DNA of 64,000 nucleotides from the NCBI GenBank assembly GCA_964016885.1, contig OZ024755.1, positions 17,484,001-17,548,000 on the forward strand. Reading direction: 5' to 3'. The position numbers and the translations under genes were made by a program. Below are positions 1-13,855 of the stretch, one piece after another (the first letter of the stretch is position 1; each line of letters begins with the position of its first letter). The notes under the pieces are model-generated. The model was not told where the DNA came from. It made no database searches and saw only the letters and a list, made by a program, of their open reading frames with translations. The DNA is from Eledone cirrhosa (taxonomy: Eukaryota).

Positions 1-623
1 TACTCGAGAGAAGGCTACGTTGGTATGGACACGTGATGCGCATGAAAGTCGATAGCTGTATAACAAAGTGCAGGGCAATAAAGATAGACGGTAGTCACGG
101 AATAGGCAGACCTAGAAAAACCTGGGACGAGCTGATAAACTCCGACATCACACACTTACACCTCTCCAAGACAATGTCACTGGACCGAGACCTTTGGCGG
201 TACTCAGTAACAGAGAAGACCCGCCTTACCTAAATATATAGTAAAACCTACTCCAGCCAGTAGGCATCTCTAACAAATACACCCCGTCCCACCACCCCCA
301 CCCGATCCACACCACCCCGTTCTATGTAAAGTTATGTTGGTGCCGCGCCATCGAGGCCGAAACAAATGAGATCGTGTAGGTGTCACGACAAAAAAACACA
401 CAGTCCACGCTGTAATGTGGCCGTGTAGGCAACACGGTAAAAACCTCCCAGACCCACACTGTAAATGTGGTTGGTGTTAGGAAGGGCATCCAACTGTAGA
501 AAACCTGCCAGACAGTCCTATGCGAGCAAGACAATCACTCTTGCCTCAAGTGGGACTACCCCCGTCCAAACCCATGCAAGCGTGGAACACGGACGTTAAA
601 CGCTGATGATGATGATGATGATG
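1..623 (+). mobile_element. RTE LINE 3' end (ORF end 1-233) continuing into a SINE-like 3' segment with (GAT)n tail
   Basis: RRLRWYGHVMRM...GRPRKTWDELI...DRDLWR. Segment 322-623 recurs near-identically at about 7900-8197 and 52017-52320 in reverse orientation. Confidence 0.85.
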
Positions 624-647
624 ATATATATATATATATATATACAC

Positions 648-680
<33 letters not shown>

Positions 681-741
681 CATACACACACATTTATATA
701 TATAAATATAAATCTGTATGTGTATATATATATATATATAC

Positions 742-777
<36 letters not shown>

Positions 778-1673
778 TTATATATATATACACACACATT
801 TATATATATAAATATAAATCTGTATGTGTATATATATATATACATTTATATATATATATATATATACTTATATATATATACACACACATTTATATATATA
901 AATATAAATCTGTATGTGTATATATATATTACACACACACACACATATATATTTACACACACATGCACACATTTATTTATATATATTACCAATATTATTT
1001 ATATTTATTTATATTTATTTATAATATTATCTATAATATTATTTATAATATTATTTATAGTATTATTTATATTTATTACCAATATATAATAACTTGTGTG
1101 TTACACCTCTATTCTTTTAACTATATATATATATATATAAATATAAATGTGTGTGTATATATATATATATTTATATAAATGTGTGTAACTATATATATAT
1201 ATATATTCTGCGCTTAAGCACAACTTACATTGTAGATCTTACAGATAAACCAGATTTTGAGGAGTACAGTATATAGTATATTGAATTTGCAATCATCCCA
1301 TAATCGGCAAATTTCCAACTATGTTTATATGTCACTTGATATGATATTTATTTCCTCTAAATATATTCTCTGAAAATGGTAAGGAATTGACAGGCTTTAG
1401 AGTATTGGATTAATACTGGTTCAGTATTTGTTGTGGCTCAGTGCACTCACAGTTCAAATCCTGGCAAGCTCAACTTTGCCTTTCATCCTTTCAAGGTTAA
1501 ATACTGAAATTGATTTATTTTCTCTGTCTCTTTCTCTGGAAGGAAGAAATTGACTGTGTACTGATCTGATGATAGATGGGTTCTGCCAAGCTTAGAAGGC
1601 CCATAATATGGTGTGTGTCAGGATAGCGCCCCTACTACTCCAACAACAAGAGTTATGTGTTTTATATATATAT

Positions 1674-2028
1674 GGAGGCACGTGGCTTAGTGGTTAGAGC
1701 ATTGGCCTTGCAATCGAAAGGTTGTGAATTCAATTCTCAGACCGGGTGATGTGTTGTTTCCTTGAGCAAGACACTTTATTTCACATTGCTCCAGTTTACT
1801 CAGCTGTAGAAATGAGATGATAGGGACTGGGGTCCCTATCATTCCACTGCAAAGTGGACGTGGAGGTGCCACGGCAAAAAAGCACCCAGCACTCACTGTA
1901 AATGAGGTTGGTGTTAGGAAGGGCATCCAGCTGTAGAAATCAAGCCAGAATCAGTTCCCATCCCACCCTTGCAAGCAGGGAAAAAGCGGACGTAAAATGA
2001 AATGCTGATGATGAAATGATGATGATGA
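1674..2028 (+). mobile_element. tRNA-derived SINE with CORE-like middle and RTE-like tail
   Basis: A/B-box head (tggcttagtggttagagc...gaattcaattctc) and ccttgagcaagacacttt middle. The tail is shared with the LINE at 59380-59437. Near-identical copies at 43996-44339 (-), 55762-56107 (+) and partial 63919-64000 (-). Confidence 0.88.
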
Positions 2029-2207
2029 TATATATATACTGTATTTCCAGGCATCGAAGACAGTCCTTTTTTCCTAAAATGTCTCAAAAATCTACCATAC
2101 GTCCTGGAGGCCAAAAGTTGTTTGTTATTTTATTTCAAATTTTTGGTTGTCAAAATTAGGATGTGCCGTCAAGGACGAATCATCTTTGGCATCAGGAAAT
2201 ACGGTAG

Positions 2208-2254
<47 letters not shown>

Positions 2255-2795
2255 AAGGGCAAACAGAAATAACAAAGCAAACAACAGAATTCAATGAAGA
2301 AATATATTATTAGATTTACATGATAGTAGGAAAAGAGTCTTAATGTTTCAGATGCTAGTCCTTCATCAGAAAATAGAATGAGAAATAAAAGAAGAAATAG
2401 AAAGATAGAGGAGACTGGACAGTGGTAGAAATTTTTAAAAAATCTTCTTGAGAAAAACAGGTCTATTCACATTGCCATCTCTTGGAAAAGTGTTGATGCT
2501 GGCATTTTGTGTAAGATGATCCTGTTTTAAAAGGCAGTGATCGAATGTGTCTTGCTGAAAAGGGGAAGAAAAATAATTTTGTATATAGAGCGTGTATATG
2601 TGTGCTTATATATATATATAGAGAGAGAGAAAAAGAGTCAGGACCCCTTTATCTTTTTCTATTTCTCACCCTAAGTATCAAGTACTCTGGTGCATTATGG
2701 TCAACTTGGTTTCTTACCACACTTTCTTTGTGTTTTATAAATATATATATATATAGGAGGAGGTTATAGTTCACTTGAAGCATTGTGTAATGAGG

Positions 2796-3016
2796 TATAA
2801 ACGTTAGAATATGTGTAATAAGGCCAAGACAATGCAGATATGGACATAGAAAAAGAATGCAATAGTGAGAGATATTGATGAGGATTCGTCTTTCACCTTG
2901 AATTTATTTAAATAAATTCAAGGTGAAAGACGAATCCTCATCAATATCTCTCACTATTGCATTCTTTTTCTATGTCCATATCTGCATTGTCTTGGCCTTA
3001 TTACACATATTCTAAC

Positions 3017-3023
<7 letters not shown>
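2796..3023. repeat. Perfect 228-bp spacer-less palindrome
   Basis: Arms 2796-2909 and 2910-3023 are exact reverse complements as read by eye. Abuts (TA)n. Confidence 0.95.
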
Positions 3024-3066
<43 letters not shown>

Positions 3067-3783
3067 TGAAGAGTACCTCTCAAATCAGATGGAAGAGATA
3101 TTTCTAACAGAAATAATAGAAACCTGTCTCTGGAATAGTTTACATATATTAATTATAAAAGAGGTACACAACAATAAAAAAAAAAATTAAATTAGGGATT
3201 ATGATGGTTTTTAAGTGTTGTGGTGGTGGTGATTGCATTGGTAATACTGGTAGTGGCGGTGATTGTGGTTGGGATGATGGTAATGGCGCTGGTGGTGATG
3301 GTGGTGTTGTTGGTCATGATGGTGGTGTTGTTGGTCATGAAGGGTGATTGTGTTTGGAATAACGGTAGCGGTGGCAGAAGCAGCAGCAGTGGTGGTAGTG
3401 ATGTTGATTAAGTTGATGATGACCATTATTGTCACGATGCTGCTAATGGTGATGATGATGATTGTAGTGGTGAGAAGCAACAACAGTAGGAACCATGTTT
3501 TCAAAATATTCCTTTGTTATGTTTATCTAAAAATGGTTGTTAGAGGGAAAAAACGAATTATCTCAGCTTTTTTGTTTGATATTGTGTTTTAAAAAGAAGT
3601 TCAAAAATGGAGAAAAAAGTCTCTTTTTTTAATTTCCTTTTTAGAGAGTTCTTGATTTCCTATATAAAGCTACTAGTGATATATTCTAGGTTTTGACATC
3701 TGAAATTTCCTCTATAACTCCTTTCTAGTTCTTTATTCTATATTTTGGTATCTGGGATTTCTTATATATGTATGTGTGTATTC

Positions 3784-3819
<36 letters not shown>

Positions 3820-3925
3820 ATTAATATACATAAATATGCAAATATATGAATTTATATATATATATATTTATACATATATATATATATTTATACATATATA
3901 TATATATATATTTATACATATATTC

Positions 3926-3970
<45 letters not shown>

Positions 3971-4043
3971 CATCATCATCACCGTTTTATGTCCATTCTT
4001 CCACGCTAGCATGGGTTAGATAAATATATATATATAGATATAT

Positions 4044-4085
<42 letters not shown>

Positions 4086-4341
4086 CATCATCATTAAACA
4101 CATACATGTAAATACATACACATATATATATATATATATATAAATACATATATATACATATATACATATATATATAAAAACAAATACATATATATAAATA
4201 TATATATATATACACACATATATACATATATATATATATATATAAATACATATATACATATATATATAAATATATATATATATAAATATATATATATATA
4301 CACATATATACATATATATATATAAATAAATACATATACAC

Positions 4342-4399
<58 letters not shown>

Positions 4400-4453
4400 C
4401 AAGACTATAATTTTCTATGTATTTCTTTCTTTTTCCCTTCTTTTCTTTTACAC

Positions 4454-4488
<35 letters not shown>

Positions 4489-4519
4489 AACACACACATA
4501 TATACATATATATATAAAA

Positions 4520-4571
<52 letters not shown>

Positions 4572-4769
4572 CAAGACTATAATTTTATATGTATTTCTTT
4601 CTCTTTTTCCCTTCTTTTCTTTTTTTTTTCTTATTGTTTCTCCTAACCATTGTTAACGACCATTACCAGAGTTTCCAGGTAAACATTGCCACAATTTCTG
4701 GGAGATTATTGGAAGAAGTTAATCAAATAATATAGTGCCAGGCTGTTGATAATTTTTGAAATCATCCAT

Positions 4770-5915
4770 CTGAGAGTATATTGATATTTTCAGTAAACTA
4801 AGGGACTGCAAGGAATGGATAAGTTTTCAGTACAATATTGATATTTATAGTAAAACAAGGGAAAGCAAGGAATGGATAATTATTCAGTACAATTTATTGA
4901 TATTTTTAGTAAAACTAGGGACTACAAGTTACCCAGTACAATATATTGATATCATCATCATCATCATCTATAGTAAAACAAGAGGCTGCCAGGAAAGGAT
5001 GTTTTCAGTACAATTTATTGGTATATTTAGTAAAACTAGGGACTACAAGTTACCCAGTACAATATATTGATATCTATAGTAAAACAAGAGGCTGCCAGGA
5101 AAGGATGTTTTCAGTACAATTTATTGGTATATTTAGTAAAACAGGGGACTACAAGGTTTCTTGTACAATATCGTCATCCTCATCATCACCGTTTTACGTC
5201 CATTCTTCCACGCTAACATACGGGAACTGATTTTGCCTCGATTTCTACAGCTGGATGTCCTTCCTAACACCAACCTTATTTACAGTGAGTGATGGGTGCT
5301 TTTTTTTCCATGGCACCTGCACGACCACTTTACAGTGTGGGCTGGGTGCTTTTTTTGCCGTGGCACCTCCATGACCACTTTGCAGTGGGAGGGGGTGGGG
5401 CATATTGTCTATATGCTTCAGCTTCGGCTTGTACCCATGGGAAGTTGGGTCTTCTGTATTACTGCGTGACGCCAAAGGTCACGGTCCTGCATCATCGCCT
5501 TTGAGAGGTGCAATTGGGTAAGGTCGGCTTTTATCAATATATTGATATATTTAGTAAAACAGGGGACTACAAGTTTTCCTGTACAATATATTGATATATT
5601 TAGTAAAACAGGGGACTGCAAGGTACCCAGTACAATATATTGATATATTTAGTAAAACAGGGGATTGCAAGGTACCCAGTACAATATATTGATATATTTA
5701 GTAAAACAGGGGACTGCAAGGTACCCAGTACAATATATTGATATATTTAGTAAAACAGGGGACTGCAAGGTACCCAGTACAATATATTGATATATTTAGT
5801 AAAACAGGGGACTGCAAGGTACCCAGTACAATATATTGATATATTTAGTAAAACAGGGGATTGCAAGGTACCCAGTACAATATATTGATATATTTAGTAA
5901 AACAGGGGACTGCAA
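4770..5915 (+). repeat. 49-bp minisatellite, interrupted by a retroposon at about 5171-5532
   Basis: Unit ccagtacaatatattgatatatttagtaaaacaggggactgcaaggtac, homogeneous at 5533-5915 and diverged at 4770-5170. Confidence 0.9.
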
Positions 5916-6964
5916 GGGATAAGTGTCCAGTACAGTATAATCCGATGTTTCATCTCATAGCAATGCTCTGTAAATATGACTAAGCTGCTATGTTTTAAAT
6001 CTGATATTTTTCCAATCATTAATCCTTGATTGACTGAAGAAATGGGAGTATTTATTGCCATTACTGCTAATAGAGAATTTGTTTTGTTTGATCTGTGTGA
6101 ATCTCTCTCTCTTTGTTCTCTCTTTCTCTCTTTGCATTCTTATAGATAGATAGCCAGATAGATAAATAGTTAGGTAAATAGTTAGGTAGGTAGATAGATA
6201 TCTTTCTTTATTTGCCACAGGGGCGTACACAAATGGGACATTACAAGACGTGACGGTGGGGGTTTTACATAAAAATAACTTTAACATCAATAAATAACAA
6301 TAAACTATATATAATAAAATAACAATTGAAATCTGCAATAAGGGGGGGGGGGACGTTACTGCAGGGTTGTTTTACACCCCGTGGATATAGATAGATAGAT
6401 ATGTTTCTTTATTAGCCACAGGGGCACAAAAGAAGGGGACAAATACAAAGAGGGAAGTTTACATACAATAAAAACGTGTAAAATACTATCACAAATGCAA
6501 TTTAAAAATTAAGCGATTTTCCCCAATAGGGGGAGACATTATATATGGGTAGCACATACCCCCGAAAAAATGTGCAACCCTCCAGGAGTACAAAGAGTGA
6601 GCACCCCTTTCATCTCTTCCTATTTTTCCTCAACCTAGGTAGATAGATAGATAGATTGGTAGGTAGGTAGTTTGGTAGACAGATAGATAGAAATAGAAGC
6701 TGTTTAGGTGCTGATTATTTTTTATTAGATATAAAATATTTTACTCACACTTTGAAAATAAGATATTTTATATCTAATAATGAAAAAGATTGACACCTAT
6801 ACGGCTTCTATTCCTACTAATCTATTAATATATTCTGAAACAAGGTGCTTTAGAATAAACTTCTTTACATAGCATTTCAACATATATGCTTTTCACTATA
6901 CATACACTCTACTTTCGCAAGTATTGAATACTTAGCTGACTATGGTGTTACTAATCTAACTGGT

Positions 6965-7480
6965 AACTCCCCAGTCACCCTATAAGGTGGTAGTAGTGGT
7001 GCCACAATAATATGCACTCATTCCACACTGTAGAGTGGTAGTGCTGATGCCACAACAAAATGCACCCAGTCCACACTGTAAAGTGGTAGATCTAGTGCCA
7101 TGAAAAAACGCACACAGTCTACCCTATAAGGTGGTAGTAGTGGTGCCACAATAATATGCACCTACTCCACCCTGTAAGGTCATAGTGCTGATGCCACAAC
7201 AAAATGCACCCAGTCCACACTGTAGAGTGGGCATGTTTGTGCTACGACAAAAAGTACCCAATCCACCCTATAAGGTCATAGTGCTTGTGCCATACTAAAA
7301 AAACACCCAGTCCACCCTGTAAGGTCATAGTGCTTGTGCCATACTAAAAAACACCCAGTCCACCCTGTAAGGTCATAGTGCTTGTGCCATACTAAAAAAC
7401 ACCCAGTCCACCCTGCAAGGTAATAATACCAAAGACACAATAAAATGCACACAGTACACACTGTAAAGTGGTTGGCAGGG
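6965..7480 (+). repeat. About 48-bp minisatellite derived from SINE body
   Basis: Unit aaaaaacacccagtccaccctgtaaggtcatagtgcttgtgccatact, ending in cacactgtaaagtggttgg as in the SINE bodies. Confidence 0.8.
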
Positions 7481-7899
7481 GTCAGTAAAGTTATCCAATC
7501 TTAGAAGCCAAGCCAAAAGTGGAACATATGAGCTAGATGAAGTCACCTGACTGGTCTAGCCTCATTATTATCCCGCCGAGGTTGACTTTGCCTTTCATCC
7601 TTACGGGGTCGATAAAATAAAGTACCAGTAATGCACTGGGTAATTGCTGGCCTTGTGCCTAAAGTAGAAACAATTATTTGACAACCCATCAAACCTATAC
7701 AAGCATGGAAAATAGACCATAAAAGTGGTGATATATAGGACCCATCAAACCCATGCAAGCATGGAAAATAATATTAAAATATTGTTGGTGATGATGATGA
7801 TCTGCTATGCATTTGAGAGTGCTTATTATGTATATAGATAGCTAAATAGATAAGTATATGTGTATATATATATGTGTGTGTGTTGGCGTGTATATATAT

Positions 7900-8197
7900 C
7901 ATCATCATCATCATCATCAACGTTTAACGTCCGTGTTCCACGCTTGCATGGGTTTGGACGGGGGTAGTCCCACTTGAGGCAAGAGTGATTGTCTTGCTCG
8001 CATAGGACTGTCTGGCAGGTTTTCTACAGTTGGATGCCCTTCCTAACACCAACCACATTTACAGTGTGGGTCTGGGAGGTTTTTACCGTGTTGCCTACAC
8101 GGCCACATTACAGCGTGGACTGTGTGTTTTTTTGTCGTGACACCTACACGATCTCATTTGTTTCGGCCTGGATGGCGCGGCACCAACATAACTTTAC
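7900..8197 (-). mobile_element. RTE-tail retroposon fragment (family of 322-623)
   Basis: Near-identical to 322-623. Further copies at 52017-52345, 43718-43995 and 31976-32200. Confidence 0.8.
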
Positions 8198-8404
8198 ATA
8201 TATATATACATATATATATATACTTAAGGTAAATATTGATGCAATTCAATTCAAGCACTCAACGTACTTTTTCCACATAGGAGTGACGGAGTATATTTAG
8301 AATAAGAAAATGCGAGGTAGTTTCAGATGTTAAAGTCCTTTAATGATAATGCTGTGATACATATTTCAATGACAACAGTGAACACATGATTCCATGTACC
8401 CGTG

Positions 8405-8737
8405 TACCACCATCACCACCACCACCATCACCACAACCACTACAACCAACATCACCATCACCACTATCACCACTACCACCAACATCACCACCACCACCAC
8501 CATTACCACCACCACCACCACCATTACCACCACCACCACCACCATTACCATCACCACCACCATCACCACCACCACCACTATCACCACCACCATTGCCACC
8601 ACCACCACCACCATTACCACCACCGTTACCACCACCACTACCACCACCACCTCTACCACCACTACCACCACTACCACCACCACCTCTACCACCACCACCA
8701 CCACTATCACCACCACCACCACTACCACCACCACCAT
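8405..8737. repeat. (CCA)n-type microsatellite
   Basis: Poly-P/T/H/G/V ORFs in all frames. Confidence 0.95.
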
Positions 8738-9200
8738 CTACAGGTTGTTGGTTGTCTGCCAAAATTCTAAAGCTATATTTACTTTCTTAAAGTATTAGTA
8801 CATGTATGATTGTGTGTGTTTGTGTGTGTGTTTGTGTGTGTGTGTGTGTTTGTGTGTATGTGTGTTTGTGTGTGTGTGTGTGAGCCTGTCTTTGGTTGGG
8901 TATATATATATATATATTAATATATATATATATATATGCATGTGTGTGTTTATGTCTTTGTGTATGTGTCTCTCTGTATTTGTATGAATGTGTCTGTGTA
9001 TGTGCATGTATCTATCTATCTATCTATCTGTATGTGCTTATGAGTGTCTGCATATGTATGAGTGTGTATGTATATGTGTCTCTGTGTGTATTTGTGTGCT
9101 TCTCTCTGTCTCTCTCCCTCTCTGTATTGTACCATTTATATTGAAAACCTGAATTTTGGCACACAAGTTGTGTTGTGTGTGTATATGCTTAAGATGTGTA

Positions 9201-9253
<53 letters not shown>

Positions 9254-9481
9254 GGAACGATCGACTTTCGTCAAATCGGACCGAGGAAACAATGTTTCCA
9301 TTGGTCTTTCCAATTGCTAGTACTATCTATCGGTCGCAACTCCAGGTAGAAGGAGCAACGTGAAATAAAGTGTCTTGCTCAAGGACATAACACATCACCC
9401 GGTCCGGGAATCGAACTCACAACCTCACGATTGTGAATCCAATTCTCTAACCACTCAGTCACACACCTTCACATATGTATA

Positions 9482-9514
<33 letters not shown>

Positions 9515-9529
9515 CATATATATACATGC

Positions 9530-9570
<41 letters not shown>

Positions 9571-9805
9571 CATATACATATATATACATGGTGCCTGCCA
9601 ACTCGTTTTCGAGTACGGCCACTACTTTATATCCATGTAGGAGAACCCCTACCTATGCGCTGAACCAGTGTGACTTTTTAGTCCAGCCTGCGACTTGAAA
9701 ACTCTGGTACAAACACTACACTTGTGACAATTATTGACACATAGTGCTGAGCCCATGGTACCATGTGATGACAAGTGCAGAGAGAGATATACATATACAT
9801 TTGTG

Positions 9806-9852
<47 letters not shown>

Positions 9853-10100
9853 AAAGTTTGTCCTTCATCAGTGATCTTCCAACCATCATAGGCATTTCAT
9901 CACTTTAAGGACCATATACCTCCAGTTGGTGCGAGCAACGGCTAAAAAAAGTCGTTGGGACATGTAAATAAAGGGGACGCGAGGGTAAACAAACAAAATG
10001 GTGAAGCAACAGTAAGTGAGAAAGTATATATATATATATATATATACATATTGTCCCACCCTTGTGGACGTAAAATGATGATGATAATGATGATGATGAC

Positions 10101-10173
<73 letters not shown>

Positions 10174-10309
10174 CATATACACAAATGTATATGTATATCT
10201 TGAATTACGGTTTCTCTTGATTGTTATTATTTTTACTTAAATACATCTGAACACATTTACACAGATTCTAAGTCACACCTGTAACCACACCACGCACACA
10301 CCCACACAC

Positions 10310-10945
10310 ACATTGACACCCACACATACACACATACCAGTGTACACTCACACACAGACACATACCAACACACACATAGACACATACCCGTACACACATG
10401 CACACCCACACATACACACATACCAGTGTACACTCACACACAGACACATACCAACACACACATAGACACATACCCACACACATATTGACACCCACACATA
10501 CACACATACCAGTGTACACTCACACACAGACACATACCAACACACACATAGACACATACCCGTACACACATGCACACCCACACATACACACATACCAGTG
10601 TACACTCACACACAGACACATACCAACACACACTTGCACTCACACACAGACACATACCAACACACACATGCACACCCACACATACACACATACCAGTGTA
10701 CACTCACACACAGACACATACCAACACACACATGCACTCACACACACACACATACCAACACACACATGCACACCCACACATACACACATACCAGTGTACA
10801 CTCACACACAGACACATACCAACACACACATGCACTCACACACAGACACATACCAACACACACGTGTACACTCACACCCAGACACATACCAACACACACA
10901 TGCACACCCACACATACACACATACAAGTGTACACCCACATCAAC
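10310..10945. repeat. CA-rich higher-order tandem repeat
   Basis: Repeated cacatacacacataccagtgtacactcacacacagacacataccaac. Confidence 0.9.
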
Positions 10946-11203
10946 ACAGATCAGGTTTCTATTTATGTGTATGTTTATTACTATCACTTATGGGTCAAAC
11001 TGAAGGATAACTAAGAATATAATTAGTAAACCTGTTGTAGGTGTACTTATGTTCCCCTGTACCACCATAACCAGTGCTGGACTTACCTAGAAGCTAAATA
11101 AGCCATAGCTGAAGGTCACATACCCTCAGTGATAGGGCGTCATTTAAAAAAATGTATTTTTATTTTATCGTTAGTTCTTATTCTTGAAAGCTAAATCATC
11201 AAA

Positions 11204-11254
<51 letters not shown>

Positions 11255-11255
11255 T

Positions 11256-11305
<50 letters not shown>

Positions 11306-11307
<2 letters not shown>

Positions 11308-11462
11308 AAGGCGGGTAAAATTCCCGAGATCCATGGACGAGTTCTCTCCAGCGGTCTCTGTCCCTCATTATCGCTGCCATATCCTGCATCTCCAACAGAC
11401 CAGTGTCTGTCCTTAGGGCATCAACATATGTTAACCTTGGTCTTCCTCTTCTAGTGTGTCCA
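11306..11462 (-). mobile_element. RTE-clade LINE 3' fragment in (TA)n
   Basis: HGHTRRGRPRLTYVDALRTDTGL...MRDRDRWRELV...*. Confidence 0.8.
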
Positions 11463-11464
11463 TG

Positions 11465-11511
<47 letters not shown>

Positions 11512-12509
11512 AAATTACAGTAGGAGAAAATACAAGCAAATTCTTGAAAAAGTGTTTATTTGTTTACAATTGTTTCAAAGGACAAAATCACAATTTAATC
11601 TATAAGATTGAGCCCTATCAATATAATAATCAATAGGTCCACGTGTTATTAAGATTATTAGCAAAGATTGAAAGTTTAAGCAAATAATTTCTGAAACTAT
11701 ATATACATATATATATACATGTATATATATACTTCAGTATTAACATTAATATAAAAAATAATGATCATGTATAAATTACTTTAAAGTTTTTTACCAAAAG
11801 TTTTTTTAGAGAGGACCTCAAATTTTATATAGCTTAGGGCCCCTGCAGGTGAAAGTCCAGCCCTGACCATAATCTATGTTGATAGTTGTTTTATAAGCCA
11901 CACTAGTCAATCTTGCAGTTTCTTGCCTCCTCTTTAAATATGTAAACATGTAACTATGGAAACACTTGTTCAAGGTTGGATTACATAAATATTTAGAACT
12001 CTTTACTCTGTGTCGAACAAAGAGAACATCTACATGGTTGTTCAACCAGCTAGACATAGCAACCAGGTCTCACTTAAACCACACCCTAACACTCTTAAGA
12101 AGATAAATAAAAGGGAGAACATTTTGGATAATATACTTCTAGATACATTATGTCTTAAACAAAAAATAAAAGGGGAGAGAGAGAAATACAAAAGCATGGT
12201 CATGGCTAAAATGTTTTTGATCATATCTCTGCTCAGTCAGATCTGACCTGGGGTTAAACAGCATCAACAACAACTGCTACACAGATAGCAAGAACAACTC
12301 TCACAACCACCTGTTAAATATCAACAACAACAACAACAACAACAACAACACCACCACAGAAAACAAGAACAACAACTATCGCAACCATCTGTTGAATAAC
12401 AACAACAAGACCACCACCAACATGACAGAATTCCTTCAATCTTTTCAATACTTCTGGATATAATTACAATTATTATTTCTTGGAGTCTCAGTCATTGATG
12501 TTATTTAAT

Positions 12510-12700
12510 TGGAAAGTTTGTTCAAATGAACATCAAGCTGCAGCCTCAAATATTCAGGACGTATCGGAGGGTTCTTGCTGTTCCCAGCAAACCTACCCTT
12601 CGAAGTGTTCCAAAAAAAGGGAGCTGGACTAATGTTCTTTAACCTTCCTTGAAAACTCTTCGAGATAGTACCTAGTGTTCCTATAACAACAGGGACAACC
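12510..12700 (-). mobile_element. R4/Dong-like LINE 3' fragment next to (ATT)n
   Basis: Minus-strand reading VPVVIGTLGTISK...VGLLGTARTLRYVLNI* is typical of the R4-clade C-terminus. Confidence 0.65.
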
Positions 12701-12706
12701 TTTATT

Positions 12707-12766
<60 letters not shown>

Positions 12767-13114
12767 GTTATTGCTGTTATTATTATTTTCATTTTAAAAA
12801 ATCAAAGATGCAAGCCACAACATCCTCTCATACTTCTAAAAGAAACAGGGTGGGCGAACGAGAAAAGTCTGCAGATTGATGTCTGTTTAAGAAGACATTA
12901 TTACCATTGATAATGTTGTTGTTGCATTACCATAAACATTAGCATCGTCACTATGGAAACCACTATCTTGATTTTGTTAGTTTTTGTTGTTGTTGTTGTT
13001 GTTGTTATTTAGAGAGGGAAAAAAAATAACAGACAAAAAAAAAAAATGAACAAAATGCAAAAAAGCACAAAACTCTTGACTGTTGGCAAATATAAAAGTA
13101 CTTTCTATATTCAG

Positions 13115-13281
13115 GATTACGACAATGAAATCAGTTCAAAAGAAGCCGAGAAAGAGGAATTAGTTTTACGTAGCGAAGTTCTAAAACAGTCCAGCAGTGA
13201 GTTACGCAGTGCTGATATTGAACACAGAGTCCAACTTGCTGATCAGAAATGGCAACATTTACAAGCTATAATCAACAACAG
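13115..13281 (+). CDS. SYNE1: Nesprin-1/SYNE1-like spectrin-repeat protein, internal exon A (first seen in window)
   Basis: ttcAG acceptor, AG|GTAAG donor, ends in phase 2. Translates DYDNEISSKEAEKEELVLRSEVLKQSSSELRSADIEHRVQLADQKWQHLQAIINN, resembling recalled human nesprin-1 DYQEEI...SKASEIEYKLGKVNDRWQHLLDLI. Confidence 0.85.
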
Positions 13282-13317
13282 GTAAGCAGATAAAAACATT
13301 ATTTTCTATTATTATTG

Positions 13318-13855
13318 CAGCAAAGAGTTACGGCCCTTTATGGTCTAAGTTCAAATCCCGCCGAGGTTAACTTTGCCTTTCATCCTTACGGGGTTGATAA
13401 AATAAAGTACCAGTAATACACTGGGATAATTGCTGGCCTTGTTCTAAAAGTAGAAACAATTATTATTATTATTGTTTAAAGCATCAGACACCATGCTTTG
13501 CAGCATAGAGTTATGACCCTTTACGTTCTGACTTCAAATCCCGCCGGAGCTAGCTTTGTCTTTCATCCTTACGGGGTTGATAAAATAAAGTACCAGTAAT
13601 ACACTGAAATAATTGCTGGCCTTGTGCTAAAAGTAGAAACAATTATTATTGTTTAGAGCATCAGACACCATGCTTTGCAGCATAGAGTTATGGCCCTTTA
13701 CGTTCTAAGTTCAAATCTCGCCGAAGCTAGCTTTGCCTTTCATCCTTGCGGGGTCGATAAAATAAAGTACCAGTAATGCACTGGGGTTGATATAATCGAC
13801 TTACCCCCCCCCCCCAATTACTGGCCTTGTACCTTAATCTGAAACCATTATTATT
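13318..13855 (+). mobile_element. Three tandem Meta/MESC-domain-like SINE copies with (ATT)n tails
   Basis: Repeated gagttcaaatcccgccgaggttaactttgcctttcatccttacggggtcgataaaataaagtaccag. Many other copies, e.g. 7573-7680, 36698-36890, 39210-39410, 43580-43670, 44352-44790, 44901-45012, 50342-50710. Confidence 0.8.

Noticed and set aside
1674-1745. tRNA gene
   Set aside because: The tRNA-like A/B boxes are SINE heads that continue into a SINE body and tail, in multiple copies.
3061-3140. CTGAAGA...GAAACCTGTC hammerhead-like motif, and partial cores at 9861-9872 and 63831-63856
   Set aside because: Stems I and II do not pair convincingly, or the GAAA box is missing, so they are not called as ribozymes.
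8340-8798. Proline-, glycine- and histidine-rich ORFs resembling formin or extensin
   Set aside because: (CCA)n repeat open in almost all frames, with no splice support.
1-13114. Upstream nesprin exon expected before DYDNEI
   Set aside because: No convincing spectrin-repeat exon found, so the region is probably part of a >13-kb intron.
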